A stretch of DNA of 64,000 nt from the human T2T-CHM13v2.0 reference genome, Homo sapiens (GCF_009914755.1 NC_060936.1), one strand, 5' to 3'. Counted from the stretch's first letter, positions 38,319 to 52,959 are shown. Numbers and translations are program-made. Notes: generated from the letters alone by a model not told the origin.

Positions 38319-40778
38319 AACTTTTTAATTGGATTTCTTTGATAAGAAACTAAATGGACAACATTTAACTGTTCATCAAAAAGAGAGAGGAGTTTGTTGA
38401 ATTTCTGTTATTGCACTAAAGGAATTCTACATGTTAAAATAAATCATTTAATTTTTATTCTCATTGTCATCAGACTATAATAATACTGAATTTGATTCAC
38501 ATTTCCCCCTCTTTCGTACTCTTAATGTCAGTACAAATAAGCAAAGGTTACAGAATACTGTGAGAAATGGTGAGAAATGGGAGCTGATTCTGTGCTACTT
38601 ACTCAAGAAATCATGTGCTGTTCTGTGCACACTATCTGTCTCATCAGTAAGGAGGAAAGAGATAGATGAGTGCCTGATACCAATTAAGTATTCCATATGT
38701 TTGATGTGTGGATGCATAAATGAAGTGATGAAGTGATAAGCTCAAAAACCTGCTATTATTGAAAGGCCAGAGCCATCCTTTGCCATTGTGGTATAAGTGG
38801 ACAAGCCCCCTTACACAGATGAAAACATGGTTGGCTAGTTACCATTATGCTCCTTAGAACTTGTTCAAGAGGACTTCAGGTCACTGTAGTAGAACCACCT
38901 CCACAAACAAACCAACACAATTCTCAGAGATCTGACGTGACAGCTCTGATTCCTGATGTTCTCATGGACCTGGGTACTCCACATCCCACCCCCCACCGCC
39001 ACCCCGCAACACCCCGAATTCTCTCTCTGCTACCTCATGGGCCAAATTCTTTTGGGATCCATACTAAGAATTTATTTTGGCTCTTATCAATGAGCTGTCC
39101 ACGTTCCGTTGTTGGAATTCATCCAAAATTAAGTGCCTGACTTCAGGGTTTAAGAAGTATACTTTTTTAGATTTTGCTTTGCTTTGCTATGTTGGATAGA
39201 AAAGATATTGGTACTGAACTTTAGCTTCTATCTTTCACGAATATGGGCTTTGTGCTCAAAGAGAAAAGTCTTCAACCATGGCTGCAGGATTTTTTAAAAT
39301 ATAGGACAAATAAATATATACTATATGAAAGTGACAGAGAAAGTTGAACAGATTCCAGAAGAGTGTAATTTATCTTACTAATGATGCTCTTAGCAGGGAG
39401 ATGAACTCAGGAAACATAAGAGAAGTTCCATGAGGACGCCTTGTACTTGAATTCCACTTGCTGTAGTATCTCAAAGTTTCAGCGTTATCTTGGGTGTTTA
39501 TGTTACGTGTTGAAGTGGGCGCTTATTCTATAATGGAAGCTATATTATTAGATCCTTCTTCTCAAAAAGCCAGTCAAATCGCTTTAATGAAAACTGTAAG
39601 TAGTTGTGCTCTAAAGAGGATGCAATTATTTAGGAAACATTCTCATAAGATTTAAACCAAAAGCAACTTAATGTGATTCTGATACAACTGATTAAGTACT
39701 TTATAGTTGTCAATCCCAGAAACATAACTTATCTCAATTGAAAAATGTATATAACAGATAGTAATTTTTATAATTTATTACAATTGTTATATGAAGTCAT
39801 ATTTAAATTATAATAAATTATATATAAACTGATTATTTGAAATGTAATGAGTTCTTCATAATCTCTTAACTGAATGGAGGGCTGTATTCTAAGAGTCTCC
39901 TCTATTTTAATGTTAACAAGATAAAGTCTTGGGCAGGTGTTTCTGCTATAACGTGATTTTAAAGTTTTTAAAAAACATAGGTTCTACAAATTGTGCCCTA
40001 AAAAAAAAAACAGGATCATGAGAAAACATAATAATTCTAACCAAAATAATAGTGGCATTAGAAAGATATGTTAGTACAAATAAATAAATAAATAACTGAT
40101 ATAGTCAATATAAACCTAATCATAGAAAAAGAAAAGATGAAGGTGGATTATTCAAAAGAGATGGAAAGAAGAGTTCAGAGGGTGGCAAATGCAAAATGCA
40201 TCAAAATCAGGAAAACAAACATTGGGTATTTCCAATTAGAGACTCATTGATCAAATAGAACAAAGAAGAATACTGTGCAGGTAAGGTTTATGGATTACTC
40301 TATATATTACTCTTTGCCCTGTTCTGTTCAGTTGTGTTAGTATACTTTATGTTCTGCTGCTGTGATGACTTTGTGATTAAACATTAACCAGCTCTCAGGG
40401 AGTGGGGAGGAAATCATGTAAGTCAATATATCTTTTGCTATCCCACTGTTTACCAATTGCGTATGAGCTAATTAACTATGCAGAAACGTGTTATAGCAGA
40501 AAAGATTTAGTAGTGTTATATGGTAGGCTAAAAGGAGTACTGGTTAGAAAAATTATCAAACTATATCCTATCATTTTTCCATTTATCCATATCAAGCATT
40601 TTCCACTATAATCTCTGTTATGTAAACTGGTAACTATACCTATGTTGTTAAAGGAAAATTTACCCTAATGTTAAATAATATAAAATCCCAAGTCTCATAG
40701 ATTGGTGGGCATTGTGGAACTTGCAGATTAAAATATACCGCCCACCCCCCCAACTGAAGGAAATGTAGGAACTCTGTA

Positions 40779-41118
40779 TAGTCAGCCTTCTGTATCCCTG
40801 GATTCTACATCCATGGATTCAACCAACCTCAGATGGAAAATATATTCAAGAAAAAAAGTGAGTGAGTGTGTCTGAACTGAACATGTGCAGACTTTAAATC
40901 ATTATTCCCTAGACAGCAGACTATACCAACTATTTACATAGCATTTACATTGAATTAGGTATTATAAGTTATCTAGAGATGATTTAAAGTGAACGGGAGA
41001 ATGTGCATAGGTTATATGCAAATACTATACCATTTTATATCAGGGACTTGAGCATCCCTGGATTTTGGTGTCTACAGGGTCCTGGAACCAATCTGCCATG
41101 GATATCAAGAGATGACTG
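40779..41118 (-). mobile_element. MER2 TcMar-Tigger MITE, near full length
   Basis: TA flanks and TIR-like ends; GGGACTTGAGCATCC...GGGTCCTGGAACCAATC. Confidence 0.88.
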
Positions 41119-41197
41119 TATTCTGTAACTCTTTTCTGTATCTCAGATTATTTCAACATAAGTTTTTTTAAAAAGGCGTTTACTTCTTCAAGCTTTG

Positions 41198-41237
41198 TCT
41201 TACAGGTAGAACCTATCTCTTACTGGTAGAACCTATA
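41198..41237 (+). repeat. 20-bp tandem duplication
   Basis: TCTTACAGGTAGAACCTATC / TCTTACTGGTAGAACCTATA. Confidence 0.85.
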
Positions 41238-41539
41238 AAATTGAACATTTTTTCACAGATAAAGAGTATAATGATGGAAATGTTTCTTTTCCTGTTTTTC
41301 TTTTTCTCTTTCCTTGCTTTCTTTCCTTCCTTCTTCCTCTGCCCCTCTGCCTCAGTATGGATGCAAAAAGGAACAGCAGTAAAGGCAAGAATGTAAAGTC
41401 ATTGATGCCTCAAATTGTCATGAAAGAGAAGGACCAATGATCATCTGTATGTTATACTTTTTGGTAGAAAATTGGCATATGCATGTGTTTTTGCACTTTT
41501 GGGGCCATGGAAAGTAAGGATTAAAAAATTATATCCTGT

Positions 41540-41745
41540 GGAGTCTGAGATGGGTCCTGTTGTGTGCTCTGACATCAGCAACCCTGTGACCTTGGACAAT
41601 TTACTTAGTCTAACGGTTCTACAGTTTCACATTTATATGGTAGATTGAAGACCATACTCCTGTAGAATTGTTGGGAAGATTATAAGAGGAAATACTTGTA
41701 AAATGCTTAACGTTGTGCCTAAGGTGCAATAGTGTCTCATTGGCT
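41540..41745 (+). mobile_element. MIR
   Basis: CTGTGACCTTGGACAATTTACTTA core; TGTAAAATGCTTAAC...GTGCCT 3' part. Confidence 0.65.
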
Positions 41746-43233
41746 ACTGTGGACTTGTTTGAAATTATTAATCTTTAGTCATCTTTGTATATCATTTCCA
41801 TGGACCCTTACAAAATGGTTAGAGATATGCAGTGAATAGAGAGACTTTCATAAGGATGCCGATTACAATTTGACTGTGGATTGTGCCCGAGGTTGTTCCT
41901 TGTATCTGTTTTAGAATTTATAATAACAAAAATGAAATTAACAAATTGATTTTTATGATATAACATATATTTAAGGGTCAACTGTTAGTATTCATATAAT
42001 TAGACTAATGATGCAAAAACAAACATTTTAAACAAACCTTTCTTATTAACCTTGTTCAAGTTAATAAGATCCAGTAATAATGTCATCCAAGTAGTGTACA
42101 TTTTTTCTTTCTCTCCACCCCGATTCTGCTACCTTTACATATATTCAATTTTCTTGTTATTTTATTGAAGTACAATTTGTATGCACTAATGCACAAGTCT
42201 TAAATGTACGGTTCAATTAGTTTGGCCAATGTATATAACCTGCATATATTTTCTCAGCTCATATTACTAGTTCCTTTATTATAATTAACAGCATGCAACA
42301 CATTCTGAGTGGTAACGAAGGTCAAATGTATGTGGGGCATTTTAGCTGTACGCTTGTTAATCCTCACAACCCCACCTGTTTCCTACTATTATTCTAATTT
42401 TACTGATAAGAGCTGAGTTTAACAAGATTAAATGACTTGCTGAGGGCACCAGCAAAGCCTACCTTAAAACACAAGCTTGGGCCCTTAACCAGCATACTAC
42501 ACTGTATCTCCTTCACTGCCGAAGAAGCAAGAGTCTCTGCCACCTGTCTAGGTTTCCAGAGTTTCTTTTTCACTCTGATGAAATTCACAAAAATTCTCTT
42601 ACTCAAACTTATTAGTTATTGTGTATTATGAGAATATTTAAATCAAAATTGGATCCAAGTCAATGTATAGGGAGACATTTAAGAGTTTTCCTGTAAGTCA
42701 AGGGTGTTCTTGAAAAGAGAACTCAGATACCGTATTAGATATGATAAAGTAGAATACATCAAGAGCAAAATATTCTAATTCGAATTTAGTGCATTTTATC
42801 TTACTTGGAATATTATTGTCTATTATTTTTAACTGATGGCAATACATTTTGATGCTCAAATAGCATTTTGTGTACATTGTTAAAAAGAAAAAGATGATTA
42901 TCTTTATACTCTGAAGAGAATACTTACCTATATTACTGAAAAACAGTTCATAAATCTAAACTTAGTTCTCTAATCATTTTTTATTTAGACTTCAAATATT
43001 TTCTTCCATGTGATATCCTTTAAAATGTTTTCTTTTCTTTCTTCAGGATTTTTTTTCTATGTTTGTTATTTGGGTCATTCTTCAGCCAAGTTGCTAAGCA
43101 GAAATCTGTAAAGTAGTAGTTTAATCAAATATGTTCCTCAAGTTGTTTTAAAAATATGTATATTTGTATCTTGCTGCAGGACTTCTCTAATTTTTTAAAA
43201 AATTGATCGATGTGTAAGAGGCTTTCATTCTTT

Positions 43234-43536
43234 CTTTCTTTTTTTTTTTTTTTTGAGACAAGGTCTTGCTCTGTTGCCCAGGCTGGAGTACAGTGGCGCC
43301 ATCTCAGCTCACTGCAGCCTCGACCTCCTGGGTTCAAGCAATCCTCCTGACTCAGTCCCTGAAGTAGCTGGAACTACAAGTGTGCGCTACTATGCCCAGC
43401 TAATTTTTGTATTTTTAGTAAAGATGGGGTGTCATCATGTTGCCCAGGCTGGCCCTGAACTCCTGAGCTCAAGCAATCTGCCCACCTCGGTCTCCCAAAG
43501 TGCTAGAATTATAGGCATGAGCCCCGGCAGCTGGCC
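43234..43536 (-). mobile_element. AluJ (Jb-like) SINE
   Basis: CACTGCAGCCTCGACCTCC, CTCCTGAGCTCAAGCAATC; TSD AGGCTTT(C/T)ATTCTTT. Confidence 0.94.
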
Positions 43537-45309
43537 AAGGCTTTTATTCTTTCCCTGTAGAGAATTTATAAGTATTACAGCTAAACAAGAAAATAACGTA
43601 CTAATGTGGATTCATGGTTCAGGCATACAAGTTTTTTCTCTTAATACTAGGTTCTCTCAATTCTGTGAACAAGGAGTTGTACTACTTTTCTCTTTGGGCT
43701 TATGAAACATCTAGAATAATTAAATCAGAAAAGGGAAAATATTTGTTAAGTCAAAGGAAGTATTTTCTTCATCTTTGTAAACATAAGTCTCTACAGCACC
43801 GTAATCCATATAACCTCAGCGTCAAGTCAGATTTTTTTTATTGCCTGAAAACTGCTAAGTGAACACATTATATGTAAAATTAAAGTAGTGGAAGTATACA
43901 TGATTGAGCATTTAAACTGGTTATATGCAATATTACTACTCTAAATAGAAATAAAATTATTCTGACAACCTTGTTTGTGCCAAGTTTTTGGTTATTTAAA
44001 AGGAGTAAAACTTTCTATTTACTTCAATAGACGTGATGTGAAATTATTCGTAGAGCGAGGTAGTTAAATTTTGTTTGCTTGTTTGCTTACCAAATCATAC
44101 CAAAAGAGTTACTTTTTGTTCATTTAATGAGTACTTATAAAAAATGAAGCTATTTTTTAGTGATTGTAAATATTTAAGTGATCATTCCAGACTATTTTGC
44201 AAAATTCAAGTTAGTTTGATGCTGTAGTAATACAATCAAAAAAGGATTCTAGATTTTGAGAACAAAGATAATAGAAATGATTGCATCATGCTTTTGATGT
44301 ATCAATTTAGCACATTAAGCTGTCATTATTCCAGTCTTATGCTAAATAACACCCCACTTCATGCAGTGCATCCTGATATGATATTAAATATATACAGACT
44401 CATTCTGATTTTTATAAACTGTATTTGTTAAGCTTTCCAATTTGTATGAATGAACTTTGAAGCACTGGGGAATACGGATAATTGTTCACTAATTTACAAA
44501 TGATACTTCACAGAGTAATATTAATCCAAAAGATAATAATCACATATATTTTGTGAGGCTATAGAGGAGGCTAATACCTTAGATGTATTTTGTATGAATT
44601 ACTGTATCAGTTAGGTACTTCCTATTAAATCACGTGACTGACTCCATTCCCAGATGGTAGATTTTCAGTTTTATAGATTAGCAGGTCTAGGAAAGAGTAA
44701 GGTTCAGCTGAATGCTACTGATCACTTCCAACTTCTTTTTATTATCTAAAATGTATCACTTAAGGTATGAGTCTCACAATCATACAGAAAAGTATATTTA
44801 GTCAAAAGGATGGCTAGTATGGTTAGACTTTAAAGGAACCATTGGAATGAATCCCCGCTACCTAGAAAACTCTTCTACTAGGATATATGCCTATGACTTA
44901 ATCTGTCATCTTATTTGCTCATAATTCAAATGTTCCTTGCCAGAAATACCTTTCCTGAAGTAGTTCCCCCAAAAAATGTTTGTCTGTAGTCTGTCTTCCT
45001 TACTAGAGTGTGATCAGGTCAGGGACTTTCCCTACTTGGTTCACCTAGAGCAGGTCTAGCAAATAGAATGCATGTGTATTTGTCTATGGAATACATGACT
45101 GAAAAAGTGAGTGACTATAGAGGTAAAAAGAAGTTTTAACATCATCCAATCTAACCTTTCCAGTTTATATCAAGGAAACTAAGACTATGTATAAAGGAAA
45201 CTAATGGTTAACTGAATTCCTCAATTATTTCCATGGATTGAGGAAATAAATACCAGAATCACAGTTCAGTGCTTAGGGACACTTCGGGACATTCACTCCT
45301 GCCAATAGA

Positions 45310-45535
45310 AGATGGTTAAGAAGTGGTGTTTGGGAGCTGGACAGACATAACTTTGGCCAGAGTTTGAATCCTAGCTATACCACTTACTAGCTATGTCCCT
45401 TTGTGAAAGATATTTAATCTTTCTAAGTCATTTTCTTCGACTATAAATGGAGATGATGCATATCTCGTTGGATTATTGTGAAGCCTAAATGAGATCATGT
45501 ATCACAGAGCCTGGCACAAGGAAAACTGTTATAGC
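45310..45535 (+). mobile_element. MIR
   Basis: GTTTGAATCCTAGCTATACCACTTACTAGCTATGT core. Confidence 0.72.
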
Positions 45536-46247
45536 TGTCATTGTCATTATCATCATGACCGTTTAGTCCTTATATAAATTATATAGGCATTTAATCCATG
45601 ATTTTCTATAGTACCACGGTAGTATTTTTTCCCAAACTTAATGTATTTAGAACTTAGTTCACCACAGATGATATATGAAGTTTATGAGGTTGATATGCTA
45701 GTTTAGAATACTAGATAATACTAATATGAAATTTGGTTTCTATACTAGTTTATAATACCAGTTACTATTAAATACTCATCAATCTAGTGTTTCTGATGCC
45801 TGGACTTTAACAGGTATTCCATAGAAAGACTACACTTTTATCTGTAATAGATTTTTGATATAAGAAGGATGCAAATTCAGCTACAGAGGTTGAAACTCTG
45901 TGGAAAAAAATAATTCAAGATAAAATGCTTTTTTCTCCTCCTCATCGATTTTCTATCCACAATAGAAAAATTCCATCAGTCAGAAACCATTCAGGAGAAG
46001 ATATGGGTAATGTCCTAGACATATAAATTATATAGATGCATATTGATCATTCCCTATTATATAGAGTGATCTAATTTGAATTTCTATTTTTTGAGACTAG
46101 AGTCAGACGTAATAATATTATTTTAAAAAAGTTGTCCAGATGCATGTTATTATGTCATAACTACCTTATTTCAATACATTTCTGTGTTTGATAGTTTTGC
46201 TTATTTTAGGTTCTAATTTTAAAATATACATCATTTTTCATATTCTT

Positions 46248-46284
46248 TAGAATTTATAAACCACCCTAGAATTTATAAACCACC
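46248..46284 (+). repeat. 19-bp tandem duplication
   Basis: TAGAATTTATAAACCACC(C) occurs twice. Confidence 0.9.
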
Positions 46285-46901
46285 TTTAATGTGTCATCAT
46301 TAAATTGTAGCTTTCAAATGTAACAGAATCTGTAATTTACTGTTACAATTAGAAGATATGAATCAATTCCTTAGCTTAAAATTTTTTGTTGAAAAAGAAA
46401 ATACCATGACAACTGACTGTCTTCAGAATCATCTAGGGCTGATTGATTCATAATCTAAATTTAGGGATTGTTCATATCAGAATCTAAGGAGGACTTCACG
46501 TTGCATTCATTTTGTTAATTCAGCAAAAGTAGTACTAGTTAGATCTGGGAAAGTGGATGTTAAACTTTATGAATGCCAGACTGGATTATAGTTTTCTCAT
46601 TTGTACAGTTAGCTTAATGATTTCTAAAACCTTTTTTCCTTTATTTTCCTTTTCCTTCTCCTGTTACTCTGTTGGTATTCTGCATGCAGATAAACATGTG
46701 TATCTACATGTAACATGTACACAGAAGCCAATTCATATATGTGAAAAAGCTATTCACTCCTGACCACAGAGAGCATGTCTTAGTTTTCTTTAATCCTGAA
46801 TGCTGGAGTCTGATACATTTTAGACTTTCAGTGAATATTTCTTGAATAAATTTTAAAATATCTCTACATCTATTAAAGAGACCATATTCTTCTAAGATGA
46901 C

Positions 46902-47437
46902 TGTATTAGTTATCTATTGCTGCTATTACAAATTACTGTAAACTTTAATGGCATTAAAAACCACAAATTTATTAATTTTATAATTCTATATAACTATACA
47001 GAACTGTAGGTCAGAAGTCTGACATGGACCATACGGAGCTAAAATCAAGGTGCTGGCAAGGTCTCATTCCTTTCTCAAGTATCTGAGAGGGATCTGTTTC
47101 CTTGCCTTTTCCAGCTTCTAGAGGCTGCCCAAGTTCCTTGGCTTGCGACCCTCTTTCTCCAGTTTCAAAGCTGGCAAAGGTGAGTTGATTCCTTCTCACA
47201 TCACATCACTATAATTTCTACCATCTTCACGTCTCTCACTATTAACTCTGGCCCTCCTGCCTCTTCTTATAAGTACCTTGTGATAACATTGGGCCCACCC
47301 AGAAAATCAGGATCATCGCTCTAACTCAACATCCTTAATCGCATCTGCAAAGTAACTTTTGCCATGTACGATAACTTATTCACAAATTCTAGGGTTTAGA
47401 ACATGGACATCTTTGGGGGCTGTTTTTCTGCCAGGCA
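46902..47437 (-). mobile_element. MLT1C/D-like MaLR solo LTR
   Basis: TGTATTAGTTATCTATTGCTGCT...GCTAAAATCAAGGTGCTGGCA...GGACATCTTTGGGGGC. Confidence 0.87.
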
Positions 47438-48568
47438 CTCTGAGTGTATGCCAGTAGCTGAAAGCACCAGAGGTCTTTTCCTTGTAATTATACAGGGAAG
47501 TTGCTTTTTTGCTTAGCAAATACAAGTGCTTAGGCCAAACCTGTCTGAGGTTTTAGCTCAAAGAGAAGTGCTCCATTCTTTTAAGTTTAGATTTCATTCC
47601 AAATGTGTAACCAGCAATTACTTTCTATAGTCCTATATTTATGGCCTATTACTTGAGATCCTGGTACAGTAAATTCATAATGCATTAGGTCATTAGACAA
47701 TGACAGGGTTCTGTGTGGTACATGGCCAATTTTTTGGAACTTGACCTAGGAGTCTCCTTTTCTCCTACTGTTAACTTTGCAATCTCTTATGAATCATTGT
47801 TTTTGTCACTGTACCTCATTTGCTCATCTATAGATTGCAAATGATCACTCAATCTAATTCAACTGCTAGACTAGTAAGATCACAATGAAAAATGTTCTAT
47901 AAAGTGTAGAGCTCTCTTTCCATATGTGGTACATTTTTAGGTCCTCTCAAGGGGGCTCTTTTGTACTGAAGTGTTTTATTTACTTTAATGTAAGCATGTG
48001 CCATGGTGAATCTTTGCACATTACTGAAAAGAACTCAGTGTTTAATAAAATCATACCTAGCACTGCCTCAAATGTTAAGCTTTCTGGTAAATTAGACAAA
48101 GCAGATTTATCATGCCATTTCTTTTTTGAATGGCAGTGTTAGTCCAAGTTCCTGTTGATGGTCTCACTATTCTTTCCATAGTTCTGTTACATAAATGTGA
48201 AACTTTAATACCTAAATAATTCTAAATATATTTTTAATGAGGAAGTCTTCAGGACAGTGGTTTTCCAAGTTATTTTGTAGCAGAAGGCTTTTTGCAAGAA
48301 AATATTTTTGTATATGGCAGCATGGAGCTGCCATATACAAAACAAATATATGTGGAGCTACTCTGGTTGTATAAGGTGATAAGGCGCCAAGTCCATTGGT
48401 TAGTGCCCCCAAAACACATATTCCAGTGTCTGCTAACTTCACTGGTTTCTAGGGACCATAGTGGGTTTCAGTGGATAGGGCTATTTATTTGGAAAATATT
48501 TAATAAGTATTGAAATATGCCAAATAATATATATTAGGGTCAAGGAGCTATGGGAACTCTAAAGGAAG

Positions 48569-48601
<33 letters not shown>

Positions 48602-48604
48602 TGT
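48569..48604 (+). repeat. (GT)n microsatellite
   Basis: Read directly from the sequence. Confidence 0.97.
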
Positions 48605-49944
48605 AGCAGGTTAAACAAATGAGTTCTCCAAAAATTTATTTTGTAAATGTTAATGCTAAGTCAGTGTTTATTCTCTGAGCTAACCTCACCTATAAAACTG
48701 TAACCCATGTGAAAATTAACACTTCAGATTGTTTCCTTGGAAGTTATACTATACATTTAAAAAACAGGTGTTTTATATGTTGTTTCTATAATAATATGCA
48801 CTATACACACAGTATTTCATTCCAGTATAACAGTCTGTATAATTTTGAAATTTTTTTCTGCATCTGTCCCCCACAAACAGAGAATAGAGGCTGTGGTGTT
48901 GGGCATTTAATGTATGAATGAGTACATGAAACATTTTTATTAATCATCTTATGAAAGGATTATTTTGCAAGAATTTTTTGTCATAACATGTAGATTAGTT
49001 TGTAATAAGAATCTTATAATTGTATTTTTTCTCAAACTTGATATATTTTGTAGTCATTTATAATTTTATAGACGAATTTATAATTTGGCTCATACATATC
49101 TTCAGAAATGATATTTGATACGTTAACCTGGTTAATTGTCTAAGATGTGCATCTTGTGTAACTATGAATATACATAAAATGGATAAGAGAAGTAACATGA
49201 AACTTCTAAGGAAAGTATTTGGTAAGAGAGAGAATTCTATTTGTTTTTGAAAAATTATGGCATCAAGTTAATTCATTATTTTTATGTAATGTTTTAGAGA
49301 AATTGATCACTTAATGTTTCATATATGTACAAAATTTAGCTCACATTTGTCATCAAAATAAAGTATTTTGTGAGAAACAGGTCATTTTTCAAGAAGACTA
49401 CTTATTTAGTAAATAAAACCATAAAATATTTTAAAGATTTTGGTTGGAATTTTAAAAGACTGTGTATATTTTTATTCTTTATAAAAGGTTATTAAATTTA
49501 GTTTTAAACTTAATTCACATAAAGGGTATTTATTATGATCCGGGGGGTAATTGTGCACAGTTCCGCATTCACTTTTTGGATTTATTTTTTTCCCCTCATC
49601 CCAGAAGCCAGAATGTAAGCTACATTTCTGTTTGTATTGGACCTTTGAGAGACTATGCTACATAGCTAATGGAAAAACCTGCATACGAGTCCAAGTTCTG
49701 CCTCTTCTAAAATTCATTACCATAAAGGAAGTTGGTTAGCCACAGGGAGTTTCTTAGGCTTTCTCAGTTTGATTTCTTAGTCCCTAGAAAGTTCAAGTCT
49801 GTAAAAACTAGAAGTTTTTATAAGGAAGTTATGAGAAGTAAATGACAGGGTATTTGAAAGTACATGACATTGTGTATGGCATATGTTAATTGACCAGTGA
49901 ATGCTTTACATCCCTTGATCTCTTAACTAGAAATTAAGTGGCAG

Positions 49945-50975
49945 ACTGATAACTCCTAGGTTCATATCGACAGCTTCCCCTCTTCTGAATTCCACACTCA
50001 TATATCCAATTGCAATAATTGGCTTCTTGACTTAGATACCTAACAGACGCCTCATACTCCAAATGTGCCAAATGGAACTTCCAATTATTGCCTCCAAATC
50101 TGCTCCATCCTTTCTAACAGCTGATGGCAACTCCAACCTTCCGCTTACTCTGTCAGAAATCCTGAAGGCATCTCTGACTCCCCTTTCTCTGTTACACCTC
50201 ACATCCAATCTACCATTAGTTCAACTTGCTAAATAATCCAGAATCTGGTAACTTCTCACCATCTCTGCTGCTACAACTCTAGCCAGGCTGGCATCATGCC
50301 TAGCTCTGATTACTACAGAAACCTCGTAGCTGTTCTCTCGGCTTCCACCTCTCCTTCCTCACTGTGTATTCACAACATAAATTAGCCCGAGTGATCCTTT
50401 CAGAACCTGAGTCAGTTAATGTCACTCCTCTGCTCAAAACCCTCCAATGGCTCCCGTGTTAGACCTTACAGTTGCCTACATGGCCTGTGCAATTAGGCTC
50501 TTTTGTCTTTGTCATTACCTCATCTCTCATTACCTTTCTCCTCACTTACTCCAATGCAGCTATACTTATCCTTACCATTCTTTGTGTATGCCAGGCACAT
50601 TCTCATTGCACTGGCTGTTTTCTTTGCCTGGACCACTTTGTCACCAGTTATCCCCATAGCTCACTTCCTCTCTGCCTGTGTCTTCAAGTTTTTGATTAAA
50701 TGCAACTTCTATGTACCTGATCCCTCCCGCAGGACTCCCATTTCAAATGGAAACCCCACCCCCCATAATACCAGCCCTCTTTATGATACTCTAAAGCACT
50801 CATCTTCTAACACATGCTAAAATTTACTCATATATAATTTTTTTCACTTGAATTTGAGCTCTACAATGTTACCTGGTTTGTTTTTTTTTTTTAGTTTTGT
50901 CCTCTGATATTTCCCAATCATCTAGAACAGTGTCTGGTACATAATAGTTGCTCAATGAATATTTGTGGAATGATT
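49945..50975 (+). mobile_element. L2 (L2a-like) 3' portion
   Basis: C/T-rich L2 body (TCACTCCTCTGCTCAAAACCCTCCAATGGCT) ending TAGAACAGTGTCTGGTACATAATAGTTGCTCAATGAATATTTGTGGAATGA. Confidence 0.85.
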
Positions 50976-52959
50976 TGAGTAAACAGCAATTTGATCAGAA
51001 AAAAATGCATTCTTAGAGTTCTTTCATTTCATGCAGTATTGCTTATTTAAAAGGAATCCATTTAGACGTCATACCCTTTAAAGTCGGCAGTTTGAAATTT
51101 GGCAAACAACTTGAAAGCAGCCTAGATGAAGCGGTTAGAATATGGTGGTAGCTTTGCAATTGTACTACCTGGGATCGATTCCTATTTTTGCCACATAAAA
51201 AGCTCATTGTGATGATCAATTTTCTGATTCTTTTTGTGAGCTCAAATACTTGAAATAATTAACCAAGTAGTTGATACCAAAAAAAAAAAATCTGGGTTTC
51301 TGGGTTTTTGATTGTTTTCTTCAGTACTTTTTTTTTTAAGCATTAAAAATCCATACATATGATTATTAGTTTTATTCTTGGAGATGCCATTCTTACAGGT
51401 TAAGGAATTATATCTTTAAATGAGCAAAATTTCATTATAATTTGTTGATGCATGTATTTTTCGTATATAGCCAGCATTTTTCCCTCACCAACATGTGTAT
51501 TCTGTTACCGTATCTCAAACTGCCCTTCTTATGCTGGATTTGTGACATTGTGCGTCATCAAGAGCTGTTCTCAGAAACGCAGATTCAATTACGTCTAACA
51601 AACAGGCCAAATATCTAATCTGCCACCATTACAGCTATATTAATCTGCTTCTATCCAGTAGGGCCTTGGCTTGGATTACAGTAGGAAACACCACATCTGT
51701 GTCCACAGCTGCTGCCTTTTAAACAGGACCCATAGCATGATATTCTGGACAAGGGCCTTTTAAGGTGTCTAGTTTTAGGTGTTGGGCAAAGCCTTTCCTT
51801 TAGTGTTCTGGGCTTCTAGAGCACCACCCATTTTTCCCCTTACAGAATGTTCACTTTCTGTCTTCTGGGTACCCCTACATTAGTTTCTGTTGCCCTAATT
51901 AAGACCTCTTTTCCAGAAGCAATCTATTATTTTTGTCCAGTGAGATCTATTTACCCTAGAAGTGTTTGTTCTTATACCTTAATTTTTAAAGTTTTTGTTC
52001 AGTAAAAAACAGATATGAATAAGTTGGTAGGAAAACTATTTTAAAAGGGTATTTTTGGCCCTATAAAAATCCCAGCAGGTATCTCTGCCTACTTTTTTGT
52101 TTTATAATGTCTAGCTCTGAAATTATTGTAGCCTCTGTTTTCTGTTTGTTACCAGATGATATTTTAATGTTTTCCTTCCGGATGTTAAATGTCTTTTCTT
52201 CTCTTTAGTGCCACTTAGAAAACTTGGAAATAAACAAAAAATGAAGCTCATATATTTTTTTACCACTGTCTAGAAACCATTACTATATAATGCTGGTCTT
52301 AATTCATACTTACTAGAATTGGGAGATGTATTTGACTTACTCATAAATTTGATAGGTGGAAAAAGTAGCTTATTTATTACGAAGCTGAAAATGTAATGTT
52401 TTTTAGCCATTTGTATTTTTTCTCATGAATTGTCTTCTCATTTACATTTTAAATATTAATGATATTTATATGATAAAACATTTCAAATGTGCTTGACATA
52501 CATTAATATAGTTTTCAAATGGAAATTTTTAATCATTTTATGGTAGACATTATTTCATTTAAAAAATTCTAAAATGGGCTTTATTTAGATAGCAACACAT
52601 TTTATCAGTATTTTCTTCTAAATTTTTTCATTTAGCTGATTTTTAACATAGTTCTTTAATACTTTTGGAATTCAGTTATACAAATGGTAGTTGCATATAA
52701 TAAGCAAACTGTGAGTTTTTTTCTAAATTGCTATACAAATTTGTCAGCCAGTTTAATTGAATAATGTATATTCTTTTCTGTTGGTATGTAATATATTAGA
52801 TCAACTAAAATAATCCACTAGAATTAGCAAACTAGGTAGAAATTGACTATATTTAATTAGAGCTAGAAGCCAGATAGTACAGTAGAGAAATGGATGGCAG
52901 TTCAAAATTCTGGAATATGAAGAAAAATAGAAAAAGAGAGAAATAGCGGAAAGTAGTTT

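Noticed and set aside
40240-40286. 41-nt exon candidate with CAG|GTAAGG donor
   Set aside because: Weak acceptor, and the sequence resembles a decayed sense L1 ORF2 fragment.
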